Of a stretch of DNA of 64,000 nt, positions 36,830 through 49,269 are shown in pieces. This stretch comes from Lama glama (Eukaryota). Numbering within the stretch: position 1 is the first letter of the stretch; each line of letters opens with the position of its first letter. Where the stretch lies: contig CM052817.1 of the NCBI GenBank assembly GCA_028534125.1, forward strand, positions 2,172,001 through 2,236,000, read 5' to 3'. The translations under genes and the position numbers were made by a program. A model generated the notes under the pieces. That model was not told the DNA's origin and searched no databases. It saw only the letters and a program-made list of their open reading frames with translations.

Positions 36830-37735
36830 GCCTCACGGACTGGGATCCGTGGTGAGACTGCCGCCAGGGCCAGAGCGAACCGGCCTTTCCCGAGTCCTCC
36901 CCGCGTGCCTGGCGTCCCAGCGTCCCGGGCCCGTCTCGCGGTGGGTGAGGGCGGGAGTGGGCTCGGGGCTCTGCCGCTGCCCCCTGCACACTCCTGGTGG
37001 GACCCTGCGGGGAGGAGGCCCTGCCTGTCTGTCTGTCACAGTCCCCAGGTCCCAGCCCAGGTCTGAGCCTGGCTGGCCCTGCAGCCACGAGTTCAAACCT
37101 CAGCCGGGCAGGTGGGCCAGCCCACACCTTCACGTCCCGTGGCCTGTTTCCTCTCCCTTCACTGCAGAGAAGGGAAAAATAGGAACCCCCTGAGCCATCA
37201 ACCCACACTCCGCCCCCCACTGACCACCCAGAGGGAAGAGGAAACAAGTCAAAGTCTTCTGGGCTGCGGGCCCCGAGGCCCAGCCACTGGACGGGCTGCT
37301 TACGGCGCGGCGGGTGTAGAGCAGCAGCTGGCCGGGCACGCTGGGCGCGGAGAGGCTGGGCGGTCCTCTCTCCTGCAGAGGGACGTGAGGGCCTGGTGCT
37401 CGCCGGGCCCGGAGGCCCCGCCTCCTCCCCGCACGCGTGCACAGGCGGCCGCCCCCCCCCCACCGCGAGCGCAGGCCCCGGCCGGGCCCTTTCCCGGGCT
37501 GCGCTGAGCGTGCACAGCCCCCGGACGCTGGTTCGCCCGCTGCCCCATTTCACACATGAGCCGGGCGAGGCCCCGGGGAGGCAGCAAGCCAAGCTCCACG
37601 CCCGGGCAGCGGGATCGGAGCAGGCGGGCCCTCCCTCCTCCCCTCCCCACCCCGAGGTGGCCGGGGAGGCGGGTCCGCATCTCTGTCCACGGGCCACAGT
37701 CCCCGCTTTCCGCTGTGGCTTCCCCGTGGACGCTT
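36830..37735. promoter_or_regulatory. CpG-island-like region (no associated gene seen)
   Basis: Very high GC and dense CpG by eye (e.g. cggcgcggcggg, ccgcgagcgcagg). It includes a MIR-like core at ~37510-37625. Confidence 0.65.
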
Positions 37736-38384
37736 TCTTTGGTGCCTTAAACACAGGACACCCAAGTGGTGACAAATGAAGCCCTGGGCACTTTAGTGAG
37801 AGTAGGTTCGCTTTTCTTCCAAAGGGGACACTAAGAGCAACACCCTGGTGTCAGAGTCCCCACCCTCCCTCTGCGGTTGAGAACTGAGGCCCTGGGAGGG
37901 GGCGGGAAGTGCCCCTAGACCTGGCACCTCGGGCACTGGGTTGTGATTTGTCCTGAATGCTTCTCTGAATGCTTTTCCAAAACTGCTCAAAATAACACGG
38001 TCTTGGTTCAACTTCACTACCAAGTATGCACACCCTGGCGCTTGAGGGAGGGGCCGTGCATCACGAATTCCCAACTGCTGCTGCGGGCCTGAGCTCAGAA
38101 TAGGCCTGAGTCTGGCCCTGCGCCCGGGGCTGCCAGCCCTGCAGACCGAGAGTCGTACCCCCACGTCCGTCCCTGGGGCGCGTTGCCTATCCGCCCCCCG
38201 TGCATGCGCACACACGCACACACACTCCCATGGACCCCATCTCCTCCAGTCCTCGTCCCCCACCCCAGCATACCTCCCTGGCGGTGCTGCCCTGACCCCC
38301 CGAAAGCCAGCTGTCCTCCTCAACCCCCAGGGCCCTGCCATCAGCTACCCCAGCCGCCAGGGCTCCTGGCAAAGCACCTGCCTG

Positions 38385-38630
38385 CGATCAGCCTCTGGTG
38401 AGGCCTCTCCTCCCTGCTGACCGACGTTCACCTCCCCACCTGGCCTCACACGGCCTCTCCTCTGTGCAAGTCCGCTCTCCTTACAAGGACAGCAGTCCTC
38501 TTGGACCAGTACTCACCCTAATGGTCTTGTTTTACCCCAATTACCTCCTGCAGGTTCTGGCTTCAAAGCCGGTCATGTTGGGGGTTACAGCTTCAGACTG
38601 AATCTTGGGGACAGAGCTCAGCACACAGCA
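38385..38630 (-). mobile_element. MLT1A-type LTR fragment
   Basis: ctggtgaggcctctc, caccctaatg, aattacctcc, gggggttacagcttca, ggggacag. Confidence 0.75.
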
Positions 38631-39569
38631 TTCCCTGCAGGTGCTGGTGCTTGAGGCAGTCCCCTCTGGCGTGTGCAAAGGGGGCAGCTGCGCCCCGTTT
38701 GGAGGATGGGCTGAGGCCCCGGGAGAGTCCGTCCCCCATCTGTGCAATCCCAGAGCCCAGCGTGTGGGGCTGCTCAAGGCGCAGGGTGAGCAGGGGCTGA
38801 CACCACGGCACCGCCCCCAGCAATCCTGGCCCTGCTGCCTCCTCTCAGTCTTGGCACCGGCCCAGGGAGGGGCCGTCTAGGAGGCAGGGACTGAGCACAC
38901 GGCCCCAGGGGGGTCAGACAGTGCCCGGGAATGGGAATCCACAGCCAGGCAAGTGCGGGAGCTAGGGGGTGCTGCAGACCCCGGCCTCGCCTGACCGCCC
39001 CCTGCGCCAGGGGCTTTGGAGCTGACACTGCCCTGTGGCCTCCTGGGCAGGGAGGGGTCGCTGAGCCCAGCTTCCCATCCGGGCCCCCTCCCTTCCTCCC
39101 CGGCCCTGACCCAGCAGACCCTCACCATCACCTTGAGGCCTCTGGGGGACCTGTAGGTAATAACCGCGATGAGACCGGAAACCAAGGTGAACCCACCAGC
39201 AGCCAGCCTCATAGGAACACCCCGGGCATGGCCCAGGCCGCTTCCCCCGGGGTCTCTCCCTGTCCCCGGGGTCCCTCTGGGGGCCAGCCTTATCCTCCCC
39301 ATCTCCCGGAGGAAGAAACTGAGGCCAGGGCTAAGCCCTGCAGTACTGCCTGAGGCCCCTCTTCTGAGCAACACTGAGCTGGTGGGTCTGCGCACGGCGG
39401 GGGCCAAGCTGGGGGGGCTGCCCGCTCACACGGCTGGGGCCGGGGCCACACCTGCACCCGGGGCCTGTCGTCCCCGGGTCCTCGTGCTTAACTGCTTCCC
39501 CTGGAGGGAGAGTTTTAAAAAAACATTCCCTCTTCAGAAGAGTATTTACTTGTTTTGCGGGTCTCCAAG

Positions 39570-39942
39570 TGAAATGGGTTGAATTGTGGCCCCTGAAAAG
39601 CTAAGTTCAAGTCCGGAGCTCTGGAACCTGTGAAGGTGACCTTATTTGGAAATACGGTCTTTGCTGAGGTGTAACGAGCTGGGGGCCTAATGCCATGGTG
39701 CTGTCCTTATAGGAAGAGGACACACATGCAGATGGAGAAGGGGTCACGGGGCAGAGGTTGGAGCGACGCAGCCACAAACCAAGACGCTGGAAGAGGCCGT
39801 GTTTCCTCCCCTGGAGCCTCCAGAGCGAGCCCAGCCCTGCCGACCCTGGAGCTCGGACTTCTGGCCTCCAGGACCATGAGTCAGTTCCCGTTGTGTGAAG
39901 CCCCCAGGTTGATCTGCTATGGGAGCCCTCTAGGGACCGAAC
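39570..39942 (+). mobile_element. MLT1C-type MaLR solo LTR
   Basis: atgggttgaattgtggcccc, gtgaccttatttggaaata, cccctggagcctccagag, cggacttctggcctccagga. Confidence 0.88.
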
Positions 39943-39949
39943 TGAGCCC

Positions 39950-40125
39950 TGCCCCACCCCTAACCACCAATGTGACTGTGTTTGGAGATGGGCCTTCAGC
40001 AGGTAATTCAAATTAGGTGGGGTCATAATCCCACAGGACTGTGGCCTTATAAGTAGAGAAAGAGGGAGAAAGATCTCCCCTCCCCCTTCTCTGCCAGGAG
40101 GGCACAGCCAGAAGGTGGCTGCCTC
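39950..40125 (+). mobile_element. MLT1A0-type LTR fragment
   Basis: ccctaaccaccaatgtgactgtgtttggagatgggcctt...ggactgtggccttataag. Confidence 0.75.
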
Positions 40126-40861
40126 TCACCAGCGCGTGAGGGCGCGGGTGCGGGTGGGGCTTGCACGTGGGCCTGCGGCAGGGGGCTCAGCGCCCGTGGG
40201 TGCTGCGCTCGGCTCCTGCAAGCGTGGGTGCTGCTGGCCTGCCCTGGAGAGGGGCCCAATGGAAGCATACCCAAACCCTGGGCGGGGAGGCTCCGCAGAG
40301 GGAGGGTGCCGGGAATGCCGGCAGGGTGTCTCGGTGGCACTGTGTGGGGAGCCCTGGCAGCACCGGCCTGAATTTCCTCCTGGGGTTTGGATGCCCAAAG
40401 GTGGACTGGGGGTGCAGACAAAAGGGGCACACTTTATTCCCAGTCCTGGTGCATGACATGCAGTGTGTCCTGGAAGACCATGCCGGGCAGCTGGCCTCCT
40501 CCAGCTGCAGAAGAAACACCTCTGTACCCCGCCCCCCAGCTCCTCCGAGAGACAGAGCGAGCCTGGGCACAGAGCCCGTCCTCTGGGCTCACAAGGCCTT
40601 GGGTGAGCTGCGTCCGAGCAGGAGAGCAGCTGGGAGGCTGAGGGACGCCCTGCGCTTGAGGAGCTGCAGGCAAGTTGCTAGCTGCGCCTCGGAGCTCTCC
40701 ACGATGGGGCGCTGGGCCCCCTCGCCTGGGGCTGTGGGGAGAGGGATCCACACCCCTGTCTTTGGGCCCGCGGGGGCACAGCATCCTCGGGCCGGATCAT
40801 CTGCTGCTAAGAACTCCATGTCTCCCTCCCCTCCCTCCTCCCTCCTTTTTTCTCTCTCTGC

Positions 40862-40970
40862 CTTTTAAATTTGGTTATTTTTCTGGCATACAAAAGGTTT
40901 AATTTTATGTAGTCAAATCCATCAATCTCTGCATTTGTGCCTCATTTCATTCCTTTTAAGCTTGGAAAGC
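40862..40970 (-). mobile_element. Short old L1 ORF2 fragment
   Basis: catacaaaaggtttaattttatgtagtcaaatccatcaatct. Confidence 0.6.
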
Positions 40971-42224
40971 CCCCCCCCCCAGGGATCTGTTGATGTGGTT
41001 TACCTTGCACTCGGGGAGTGTGGGTCTGGTGCAGCTGCACGGTCGTGGCGGGGCTCTGCTCTCAGGGCTCCGTGCTCCCAGGACAGAGCACACTGGCCCT
41101 CCTTTCTCTCCCAGGGAGTGGCGGGGTGCTTCCCTCAGCCTGTCCCCACAACAGCTCTTGGCTTCCCACCGGCTCCCCCTAGGCCTGTGCCCAAGCCTGG
41201 CCACCGGCACACACCCTCCTCCAGAGAGACTGTCCCCGCCCAACACAGCCTCTGCCTCCCCAGCCCCCAGCCCAGTGCAGGCAGAGGGCAGCCAGGCCCG
41301 CAGCCCTGGTGTGGCCGGTCAGACTCCAGGAAGGTGCCTGACGGCCAGTGGTCTCTGGGGGCCTGGATGACCTCAGTCTGCAGCCCCTGTGCTGGGCTGG
41401 GCCCTCTGCAGGGAACTTGGGCTCCACATATGCCTCAGCCACATCCTGCAAGGACAGCGGGGAGGTGGCAGGGGGCCCTGGGACATCCTGGGGGCTCAGG
41501 GGTCAAAGAACGTGATCATAGAATCAGGGAGTGTTGAAGCGATTTGGGGAAGGAAGAAGTGGAGAGAAAACACATCAGAAGCAGCCACAGAGAAACACCA
41601 CCACAGTGACCTCCATACAGAGGCTGGTCCCTCAGCCCAGGTTTCCCTGGTGGGCAGCGGGGACTGGTCAGCAGCCTGGAGACTGGTCAGGAGCCCCTTC
41701 ACTGAGGGCCAAGTAAAAGCAACAATTCCCCCAGCTGATGTAGAAGGGGAGCGGAGGGCAGACTGTCATGGGTGTCAGAGACCAGAGCTGGCCTTGAAGA
41801 CCCTGGGACCCAGTCAGTAGTTGCTTTGGATGAGTGGGACATGTGAGACCCCGGTGGGGGGCCTATCTCAGGGTCACGCACGGAGCGAGCTGCACCAGGT
41901 GTTGTGATGCCCGCCAGGAGCTTTTGAGAATCTGCCACGGTGTGCAACTGGGCAGAGGGCAGGAGAGCCAGGCCACCCCCTCCTCTCCCGCTTCTCACTG
42001 GAGCTGAGCGGATCATCAAAGGAAAATATTCACTAGGTCTTGATCACTTGGAGAACAGCCCCCCACTCACCACCCTCCTTGTCCTCACTCGTGGTGACCA
42101 GATCTTCACCTGACTCTAAGGGAATTTGAAAACATTGTGAAAAAAATGTCAGAATTTCTTGAATTAATGAGAGTGATGCTGGAGACTGTCCCAAATCACA
42201 CATAAAGAGGGACCTATGAGGGTG

Positions 42225-42400
42225 GTGTATCAGTCAGCTGCTGCTGCATAACAACCATCACACAGCACCTGAGGAACATGGCAGGAAGCAGCTTCTCCTG
42301 TGTTTCTGAGTGGCTCTGCTTTGGGCTGCGGGTGGAGGGGCTTGGCCCTCATGCAAGCGCACTCTGCTGAGGTCATCCCAGGGCTGGGCCTGAGCGGGAA
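42225..42400 (-). mobile_element. Old MLT1 (I/J/K-like) LTR fragment
   Basis: The terminus gtgtatcagtcagctgctgctgcataacaac is typical of antisense old MLT1. Confidence 0.55.
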
Positions 42401-43157
42401 GTTGGAGAAGACAATGTTGGGAGGGATGCTTCAAAGAGGCTGACGGGAGTTCTAGTGGATGAGGGACGGTCCTTGGGCAGTGGACACCACCCTTCTTATA
42501 TTTGCAGATTGCGCGCTTGACAACTGTCCCTGGAAAGTCAAATCAGAACGACAGCGACATCTATTGCACCGGCTGCCCCAGCTTCACCTGAAAGACTGCC
42601 GCCCCCCCAGTCAGCCCTCCAGCTCCTTTTGTTCATTTTAAAATTAGTGCTTAGTTGCCACGGTCACTTTGAACTTGCTAAATGGAAGAGAAAGCAAACT
42701 TGTTTCTGTAGCTTTATCTTCACGTAGGGGATGAAACCCCAGCCGAACACACTGGCCGCGATCTGCTGAGATGAGGCCCCTCATTTCCAGGATGCCCTCT
42801 GGCGACGGAGGTGTCCCTCATGCACTCATCTGGGGCTGACGGTGCAGAGAGTTGGCCCTGGGCCGGGCTCTGGGCCCAGCCCAAGCAGAGGGAAAAAGAC
42901 CCCAGTTCCACAGCCAGGTGGCCACTCGGAAGTGAGTTTTATCTGCTCTGATCCCTCCAGGGCCACATCAGTGCTGAATCTTCCCTTTCAAATACCGTGG
43001 AGGTGCACCCCGGGGCGGCACTGGCCCTGAAATGGGTGAAGTCAAGACAAAACCACCCTCAGATACACTCTTAAGTTGCCTGTGCAGAGCTCAGCCCTGA
43101 GGGTGAGTCTCTCTCCTAGTGGCCCTGGTGCCAAGGAGCAGGAGAGACGGGGCTGCA

Positions 43158-43260
43158 GTGCACGTGTGTGCGCCCATGTGTGCGTCCACGTGTGTGTGAC
43201 AGTGTGCATGTGTGTGCACGAAGGTGTGTGCATGTGTGCGTGTGTGTGTTGAGTGTGTGT
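43158..43260. repeat. Degenerate (TG/CA/CG)n alternating purine-pyrimidine tract
   Basis: Read directly. Confidence 0.9.
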
Positions 43261-45859
43261 CGGGGACCCTGTGCTGCTCAGCTGGTCTCTGCTGCTCAGA
43301 GTTAAGGATGCTGAAAACTCATGGGGCCTACATGAAGCAGGAGAGCCGGGACAGGCGGAGAGGGAGGGGGCGCGGCTGACGGCGGAGAAGTGAAGGGCAG
43401 CGTGCTGCAGGGAATGAAGGCGCAGGGATGTGGCCGTGGGCCAGGAGAGGCCAGAGCTGAGGGGACCCACCACCCACCAGGACCAGGAACAGCTCCAGGA
43501 GCCCAGGAAAGAGCCGGGCTCAGCGAGGGCTCTGGGAGGGGAACAGGTGACTGTCACACAGCCGGGCAACACGGGACGCAGCCCGCGTGCTCGGGGCAGG
43601 GCTGTCCCCTCTGAGTCCCCCCAGGCTTGACAGGTGCTGTAAAGGCCAGGGGGTCACTTCGGCTCTGGTGTGCAAGAACTCAGACACACCTTTCCTAACC
43701 TGCCTTCCCAGGAGACAGAGACTGGGTCCAATGAAAGAACGTGTGAGGCGGTTGGGTGAAAACACAGCGGAACTGGTTAAGCCCAGGTGAGACAGTGGCT
43801 GAGGAGGTGCAGCTGTGGAAACGGGGCTACTGGAAACAGATGTGTAATTTAAAAACTAACGATGAAGTTAACTGGTGGGGGTCCTAAAACCCGAGAGGGA
43901 CTCAGCCAGGCAGGAGGTGGACCGGGGGCGCCGGGGAGAGCGGCTGTGTCCTCCGTGGGCGCAGCGGCAGCAGCGGGGCGGAGGACTCAGGGCAGCCCCA
44001 GCCCCGCCTGGGGCGCCGCGAGACCCACACGCGGCTCACTCCCAGCAGAGGGAGGAAACAATTTTGAGAAAAGCGAAGTAAACGAGTTCAAAATTAAAAG
44101 CTCCGAGGAGCTGATCATTAAACCCTGAGCTGGCTCTTTGAAAACATTCTGTAAAATGAACGAGCGTCTTGAAAGCATGATCCAGAAGAGCGACCCCCAG
44201 AGTGAGCCGGGGCGGGTGGGGCTGGGGTGTGATGGGCCCAGGCGGCGGGAGAGCCTGGGGTCCCTCCAGTCCCGGCATCCTCGTCTCTCCTTCCCCTGCA
44301 GACGGCGGAGGGGATGCTGCCTGCGGCTGAGCACTGAGACCCGTGGCAGAGTTTCGGGTCTGAGCAGGGGATAAAAGGAGTGGACCAGCCAGAAGGGAAG
44401 AGGACCATCCCCGGGAACCACAAGGGACACCTGTCCTGGCAAAGCCAGGAGTGCCCCCACCTCACTAGGGACTTTATCAACATTAACCATCACCACTGAC
44501 AGGCAGCCGGGTCAGATTAACAACCCCAGGACACGGGAAGGTGGGCGCCTCTGCCAGCACATCCCCTGAGGCCGGCCCACCCAGGAGAGGGGGGCCGAGG
44601 GTAGTGGGAGCTGGAGCCAGGAGGTGGAGGGTCCCTGCTCCCGCACAGCATGGGCCGCCTGCAAGACGGCTGTGACTGGGAGCCCGAGTGACTGTCCATG
44701 ACCATTGAATACAGGGTGTGGGGCGGCAAGGAGGTGAAAGCCAGGTGCAGTTTATGAGATGCACCTTGTGCAGTGCACAGGGCCCCACTGGAGGGCTGCG
44801 ATCGGGCCCCAGCTCAGGGACTCCACGCTCAAGAGGCCCCGGGACCGATTCAGTGATGATCTGCTTGAGTCAACCATCTTGAATCAGTAGCAACCTTTGA
44901 ACAAGATCCCTGAATTTTCACTCTGCTGGGCCCAGTGCGATGTGATTGCTTCTTCTGCGTTTGCAGATCAGCGAGGGCACAGGGCTTCTCTGACGTGGGC
45001 TGTGGAGCAGCTGGGGCACGACTCCCAGGCGTCACGGACCTACTGCCCACATCTCGGGGTCCCTGTGCACCACATCTTGGAGGGGGTGGCAGTCATGGGG
45101 CAGGTGCCTTCTTTTTCTCCAGACGTGTCTGCTCAGCAGACTGCAGCTCCTGGGGGCGGCGCTGGTCTCACTCCTCCCTGGGCCACTCCTTTGGCGGGTT
45201 TGGGGGTGTGCTCAGAGATGCCTCCTCCATGTGCAATGAGGGGCCAGGCAGGGTGTGACTGAGGGCAGGGGTGCCCACGGGCCAAGAGTGGGAGACCTCC
45301 GCTGGGGTTTCCTTTTGGTCTATTGCGCACGGTGGAGGCGGACTGGGAGGGAGCTGAGGCCCGGCCCAGGTCCCAGGGACCCTGGGCCCCACGCAGGAGG
45401 AGCCTTCCCCGGAGTCAGTTCCCCCTCAGACCTAGAGCCCCCTCGGAGCGGCCGGGCAGACGCATCTCACCGGCAGGCCGGGCCTCCCCGCTTGCAGCAC
45501 GGCCAGTGGCCCGGGATCTGATTTCAGTATCATTACTGAGAAGTCCAGCTTTCCTGTAAGCATGAGTTATCACCCGGGAATTGAAGCCCAAGTGAAGGAA
45601 AATGGCAAAACTCTGGTGTCTGCCAAACGCATCTGCTTGAGGGGTGGAGGATGCTCAGCGGCCCTCGGATTGGTTTTGAGAGCAGACAAGACCGATTCAG
45701 CGGTTCCCCAGGGGGTCCTGAACATTTGGGGGTGGGATGGGGGGAGAGGGTCTGTGATTGAAGCCAATGGCATTGCTGTTAGAGGCAGAGCTGGGTCATG
45801 GGTAACACTTGAGGGTTGAGACAACCTTAGGTCTCAAGCCAGCCAGGCGCCCAGGTGAA

Positions 45860-46200
45860 TGTTCAGTCATTCTACCCCAGTATCCATCCGTCCGTCGTCC
45901 ATCCATCCACGGGCCACATGAGCACTCTGAGTGCGCAGCTGTGCTGGGTGACTGGCACGCAGAGGGGTCAGTCCCAGGAGCTTGCTGCCTTGTGGGAGAG
46001 ACAGGCAGAGTGGTTTCTGACTGGACCGGGCGCCCGGGAGCTGTGGGAGGGCAGAGGGGGCACCCAACACAGCGGTAACAGGGGACAGAGGAGCCTCTTC
46101 CTTAAGCTGAGTCCTGAGGAGTTGGGGGTGTGGGGGCCCAGATGGAGTGGAAGAAACAGAAGAAAATAGGGGACCCCGTGAGCAAGGGTGTGGAGGCCAG
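45860..46200 (-). mobile_element. L2 LINE 3' fragment
   Basis: atccatcc repeats followed by atgagcactctgagtgcgcagctgtgctggg...ggagcttgctgccttgtgggagagacag. Confidence 0.55.
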
Positions 46201-46817
46201 ACCCGGCTGCTAAGAGCAGGGAGCCCTGAGTGTCCTGTGTTCCTAGAGCAGGAGGAGGCAGGGGCCAAGCCAGCAGAGGCCACTGCGCCCCGTGGGAGGG
46301 GTGCTGGGACGCTGTCCCATCGGGCCGGGAGCCTCTGAAGGGTCAAACACAGGGCAGAGGACAGTTCAGAAAGGCCAGAGATCTGCTAGTACGGAGCAGA
46401 GATCAGCAAGCCTGTTCTGTGTAGGGCAAGCCTCAGCCGCGGGGGGTTTCTCATCCGCGCCCGTGGGAGGGACGTGACAGGATGGACGGCGCCCGGAGCC
46501 CTACGGCTCGCCGAGGGGCGCGGGCGTTGGCCGGGTTCGCTCTCTGGTCGTCGTTCCCCTGAGTCCAACGTAAGAGTAAAACGAAACATGTCTGATGGCA
46601 AAGCCCCAGTTTGATGGCAGTGGCCCAGCTGGATCCGCCCTGCAGGGGAAATCTGCCCAAAACAGAGCTGCGGGGCGTGTGGGGCGGATGTGGGCCAGAC
46701 CCGGAGGACCCGAGCCCACGGCGGGGAGGGCCTCCAGCTGGGGCATCAAGACCAGAGCAGCTTGTGGGTTGATGTGCTGGACCACAGCTTGCGGGATGGA
46801 AACCAAGGCCCTACCAG

Positions 46818-46951
46818 GCAGCCTGGGGAGCTACACGCAATAGCTTGTAATAACCTGTAATGAAAAAGAACATGTGTACAGCTGAACCGCTACGCTGTAC
46901 ACCAGCAACCAACGACACAGAGAACTATCTATACTTCAATTAAAAAAAAAA
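46818..46951 (+). mobile_element. Short artiodactyl-type L1 3' terminus with poly(A)
   Basis: caatagcttgtaataacctgtaatgaaaaagaa...ctgaaccgctacgctgtacacca...ctatacttcaattaaaaaaaaaa. Confidence 0.85.
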
Positions 46952-49237
46952 TCCGAGTCCTTCCGCTGCATCCACAGGCGACAGCACTGACAGCAGGAAG
47001 GGGCGGCTGGCGGGTTGGCAGGGCTCTGGCCCCGGCTGCAGGTCCTCCTGCGGCTCTGGGTTGACCCCTCACGCTGCAGCACAGGCCAACGTGCGGAGGC
47101 GGTAACGGCCGAGGGGGCCCTGGCTGTGAGCCCTGCCTGGTGGCAGAGCTGAGGCCGGGAGGACCTGGCTGCTGGCCATGTTCAGAGAAGGTGGTGGGCG
47201 CGGCACAGAGGGAGCATTTCTCCTGGTGTGGAAGGACCCCGTGGGCCCTCGGGCTCCTCGATCAGAGCACCCTTCTTTCAGTTCAAGCCAGCCTGTTCTG
47301 AGCTGGAGACGAGAAACCTGCCTCGTGGTGTGGATGCAGCTGCCTCCTGGGGTGGGGCGGCGGGGTCGCAGCCAGGATCCGGCGGGAGGGTCCTGGTCTG
47401 CAGCTCGCGCTTGGGCCCTCAAAGTGGAAACCCTGGGAATAACGCTACGAGGGTTCCACACACACAGGCGGTTCAAGGGCCCTGGGTCCCCGAGTCCCTG
47501 AACGAGGGGTCTGGGGTCTGTAGGTTCACCCTGACTCGACCCCACAGATATTTGACTCGAAACCAGAGAGCAGCTCGTGCAGGTGTGGGACACGCATGGG
47601 AAGACGGTTCCAGAACCAAGCGAGACAATCTGCGTAAACACCTTGAAATGCCCAGCTTCTGAGGACACCTGTCAGGCAGTGCCGGTTTTGTGATAACAGG
47701 GATGACTGCAGTGACCGCGCGTAGAGCTTCAATGACCGCTAAGCAGCTGCGTTTCCTTGGCTCAGACTTCACCTTCCGCCTGCGCCATCCATTGCTCTAG
47801 GTAGGATGGCCCAGGTTGCCCCAAATCTGCAGCCCCAGACGCTCTTCTGACCAGTTACTCCCCTGCTCACACCTCCTCCATGGCTCCCCATGGCCCTCCC
47901 CAAAGCCTGGCCCAGGGGCAAGGCCCCACGTGTTCTGTCCCATGCGCGCCCTCGGTGGCAGGTCCCAAACAGAGCTTGAGGTTACGAGCCTTCAAGCTCC
48001 TGCTTATGCTGAGCCCCAAGCCTAGAATCGCCGTCTCCCCACTGCCCGCCTGGCAGGAAGGCTCGTCTTCAGACCCCACTAAGGGCCCCCTTTCCTATCT
48101 TTGGAGGCTGTCCCTTGGCCTGACCCCCGCCCCGTGCAGCTGACCCTGCCCTCTCGTGCCTCCCCTGGCCTTGTACATGGTCTACCCCAGGCCCTGTCAC
48201 TCCTCACCATCCTTGTCCCTGCCTGTCTCCCCTGCAAGCCTGCAAGCCCTGAAGGCCGTTTGCTGAGCACCTCCCATGTGCCTGCTCGCTGTGCGTGACT
48301 TCCTGGGGGTCACCACTCTGTGCTCATGGCAACCTGACCACCAGGCACCACTGCCAGCTCATGTCCAGGGATGGAGCCTCAGGGTGCTCGGGGCCAAGGC
48401 GGGCCTAGTTGGAGCCCTGCCCTGTCTGAGCTGTTGATTTACCCTCTGCTGCCTCCTCCGGCTCCCCACGGCCGGCCCACGGAGGGCGGTGGATGGACAT
48501 CCCCACAACGAATGAAGGGAGGGAGGAGGAGAGGCATGCCCTTCCAGGCTCGGGGGCCCGGTGCTGCACGGGAACTCAGCGTCCCTCTGGGAGGCCACAG
48601 CCTGCAGCTGCCCGCGCTCGGTCCACTTCAAAGGCGGGGCGGCGTGGGGGGCGGGGGGCAGTTCACTGTCCAGCTTCCGGGCAGCTGCCGCAGCCGCGGG
48701 GACCAAGTTGGATATTCACTGTGTTGGCCAGGACACCAGCTCAGCCGCTTCCCCGAGGTGGGAGTGCCGCGCAGAGCACACGCCATCTTTAAACACCCTC
48801 AGGTCCATCTCCATGGACTGAATTCAAAAGCAGAACGTGGGGAGCCCGGCGGGGCTCTGGTCCTGGGGCCACATGGCTGACGCCTAGTGAGCATCAGGCC
48901 AAAGGCGCCTCGGTGTTTCGGTCCGCAGTTCGGCTCACCTGCCGACTCTGGATGGCCCCCCCCCCCAAGCTCGGTGAAGCCCAGCGGGGACAGCGCGGGG
49001 CCGCGGGCCCCTGGGTGGTGTCGCCCCTGCGGGTACTGGGGCTTTAGGGCTGCCAGCTGCACGACACTTGCTGGTGATTTTCTTGACGTGAAAATGTGTC
49101 CTGGCTCATTCCAGTCCCACATGTGAGCTAGAGAAAGTCTCCATTTCAGACAGTTTGAGGAAGAGAAAATGACTAAGTGTGCACTTTACGTAACAGCCAT
49201 TAAGATAATTTGATGCTCCGCTTGATTCAGGGCAGCG

Positions 49238-49269
49238 GATTCTCTTAAATAGAGATTCTCTTAAATAGA
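49238..49269. repeat. Perfect 16-bp tandem duplication (gattctcttaaataga x2)
   Basis: Read directly. Confidence 0.95.

Noticed and set aside
36744..37775. Longest ORF (343 aa, minus strand) and other long P/G/A/R-rich ORFs (e.g. 16712-17539, 32097-32921, 17436-18251)
   Set aside because: No recognisable domain; overlapping ORFs in several frames; they run through MIR/MER20/L2 repeats. This is expected from stop-codon scarcity at high GC.
46800..46966. Possible TSD around the short L1 tail (aaaccaaggccctacc vs aatccgagtccttcc)
   Set aside because: Too many mismatches to distinguish from chance.
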